DNA from: a virus
Lineage: Duplodnaviria > Caudoviricetes
Direction: 5' to 3' (one strand)
DNA: 33,769 bases
Virus record (IMG/VR): IMGVR_UViG_3300038315_000737
Span: 1 to 33,769 of that record
The notes beneath the pieces are model-generated. The model was not told the origin of the DNA and did not search any database. It saw only the letters and a list, made by a program, of their open reading frames with translations. Shown here in pieces: positions 32,746-33,769 of the stretch. Both the position numbers and the translations under genes were made by a program. Positions within the stretch are counted from its first letter, which is position 1; every line of letters starts with the position of its first letter.

Positions 32746-33769
32746 ATGGGAAACACACGTCAAGAGCTAATAAAACTGAGAGACGACGCGCTAAACGCTG
32801 CGCAACCGTTCCATGATCAGATTCGTAATGAGCAAGCGATCTATTGCAACGTCAATGCTTACATTGGTGGTGAGCGGGTGGGCCGTGTCTATTCGTCCGC
32901 GGGCGAGAGCTTGTATCCAAAAGTGGGCGAAGTGGTTGACGCGTTGAGTCCGAAGATTGAAGAAACCGTTGCCCGTGCAGACATCGTGCCCGATCCGAAA
33001 CAGGGCGACTCACCTGAAGCTGAAGAACAGTATAACGAAGCGCTGGAACTGACCGAACAGATCGGCGACTGGCGTGACATGTACGACGACGCAGGCGGCG
33101 AAGGCGAAGAGATCCAGCGCACAATTCATCACAACCTGGTGGGCGGCATGGCGATCCGCCTAGTCCGCTGGAACCAGATCCACCAGCGTTTAGAAGCGCC
33201 GACCATTTCGCCGTTGTGCTTTGCGCCCGATCCCGATGCGAACAAAATCGACCTATCCGATCATGAGTATGTCGTACACACCAACCTCCGCAAGATGCGG
33301 TACATCAAACGCCATTATCCAGACTTCAAACCGCGTGACGGGCGGGGCCAGTTCAAGAAACAGGGCGAGAAGGAAGAGCGCCATAAAATCCATGAAATCT
33401 GGTTACGTGCGCATCTGGCCGAAGAGATAGGTATCGATATACCGGACGAATCTACAAAGATTGTGCGTGCTGTTCTCATAGAAGATGACTTCATGTTCGC
33501 CAAACCGACACCGTGGATATACCCTGACTTTCCGTTTTCGTGTTGGCGCAACTTTTTGGAGTACGATAATACCGGCAAGCCTTCACAGTTTTGGGGCTTC
33601 GGGTATCCGTCGTTACTCTGGCCGCAACAGAAGATGTTGGATCACCTGTTAGCGAACCTCGTGCTGATCGTCAACAACCAGGCAACGGGCCGGCAGATGT
33701 CACCCGAAGGCATGTTTGATAGCGAAAACGACTATAGCTTCCACCAGTTGAACATGGAGTACGACGCAG
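32746..33769 (+). CDS. Portal protein (P22-like), 3' truncated by the window
   Basis: Open frame from ATG 32746 to the window end (absent from the ORF track): ISPLCFAPDPDA..D.EYVVH, FPF...FWGFG...L...QK.L. Confidence 0.8.
   Translation, partial: MGNTRQELIKLRDDALNAAQPFHDQIRNEQAIYCNVNAYIGGERVGRVYSSAGESLYPKVGEVVDALSPKIEETVARADIVPDPKQGDSPEAEEQYNEALELTEQIGDWRDMYDDAGGEGEEIQRTIHHNLVGGMAIRLVRWNQIHQRLEAPTISPLCFAPDPDANKIDLSDHEYVVHTNLRKMRYIKRHYPDFKPRDGRGQFKKQGEKEERHKIHEIWLRAHLAEEIGIDIPDESTKIVRAVLIEDDFMFAKPTPWIYPDFPFSCWRNFLEYDNTGKPSQFWGFGYPSLLWPQQKMLDHLLANLVLIVNNQATGRQMSPEGMFDSENDYSFHQLNMEYDA

Larger units (their letters stand above)
1..33769. mobile_element. Tailed dsDNA phage (P22/podovirus-like morphogenesis), partial genome or prophage
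   Basis: TerL, portal, adaptor, tail-tube and ejection-type genes, primase-helicase and many short coupled ORFs; no host housekeeping genes recognised. Confidence 0.95.

Noticed and set aside
1-33769. Genome-wide TAG reassignment
   Set aside because: Several clear genes end at TAG and long genes are uninterrupted under the standard code; only one in-frame TAG was noticed

Overview
This window is most of a dsDNA tailed-phage genome with P22/podovirus-like morphogenesis genes; I cannot tell whether it is a free phage or a prophage. Gene order: tail end of a glycosyltransferase/SAM-methyltransferase cluster (1-2.7 kb); head-tail adaptor, tail-tube/stabilisation protein and three probable ejection proteins, the largest with a DdrB-like ParB domain (2.9-12.1 kb); a short leftward early operon including pentapeptide-repeat and SWIM-finger genes (13.4-15.7 kb); back-to-back sigma70 promoters; a rightward operon with Cro-like HTH, T5orf172 nuclease, C5 cytosine methyltransferase, Prim-Pol/SF3 primase-helicase, an iteron-type origin and many small genes (15.9-26.1 kb); then a late promoter with a terminated leader, terS, ParB-domain protein, Mom-like DNA modifier, terL, a tailspike-like protein and the 5' part of the portal. 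I recognised no integrase, CI repressor, major capsid, endolysin, tRNA or CRISPR array. The most unusual feature is the methyltransferase gene, which uses all three forward frames. A beta-subunit-like ORF is overprinted in +1. A 654-nt insertion between motifs IX and X carries a complete zinc-finger HNH endonuclease in +2 with its own apparent leaderless promoter, keeps the host frame open, and shows no intron or intein signature. Also notable: two cassettes that appear to have replaced a host gene's 3' end, two candidate antisense sRNAs, a ~75-aa module inserted into three virion proteins, and a holin-like ORF with an in-frame amber codon. All family calls come from motif recognition by eye, not from database searches.
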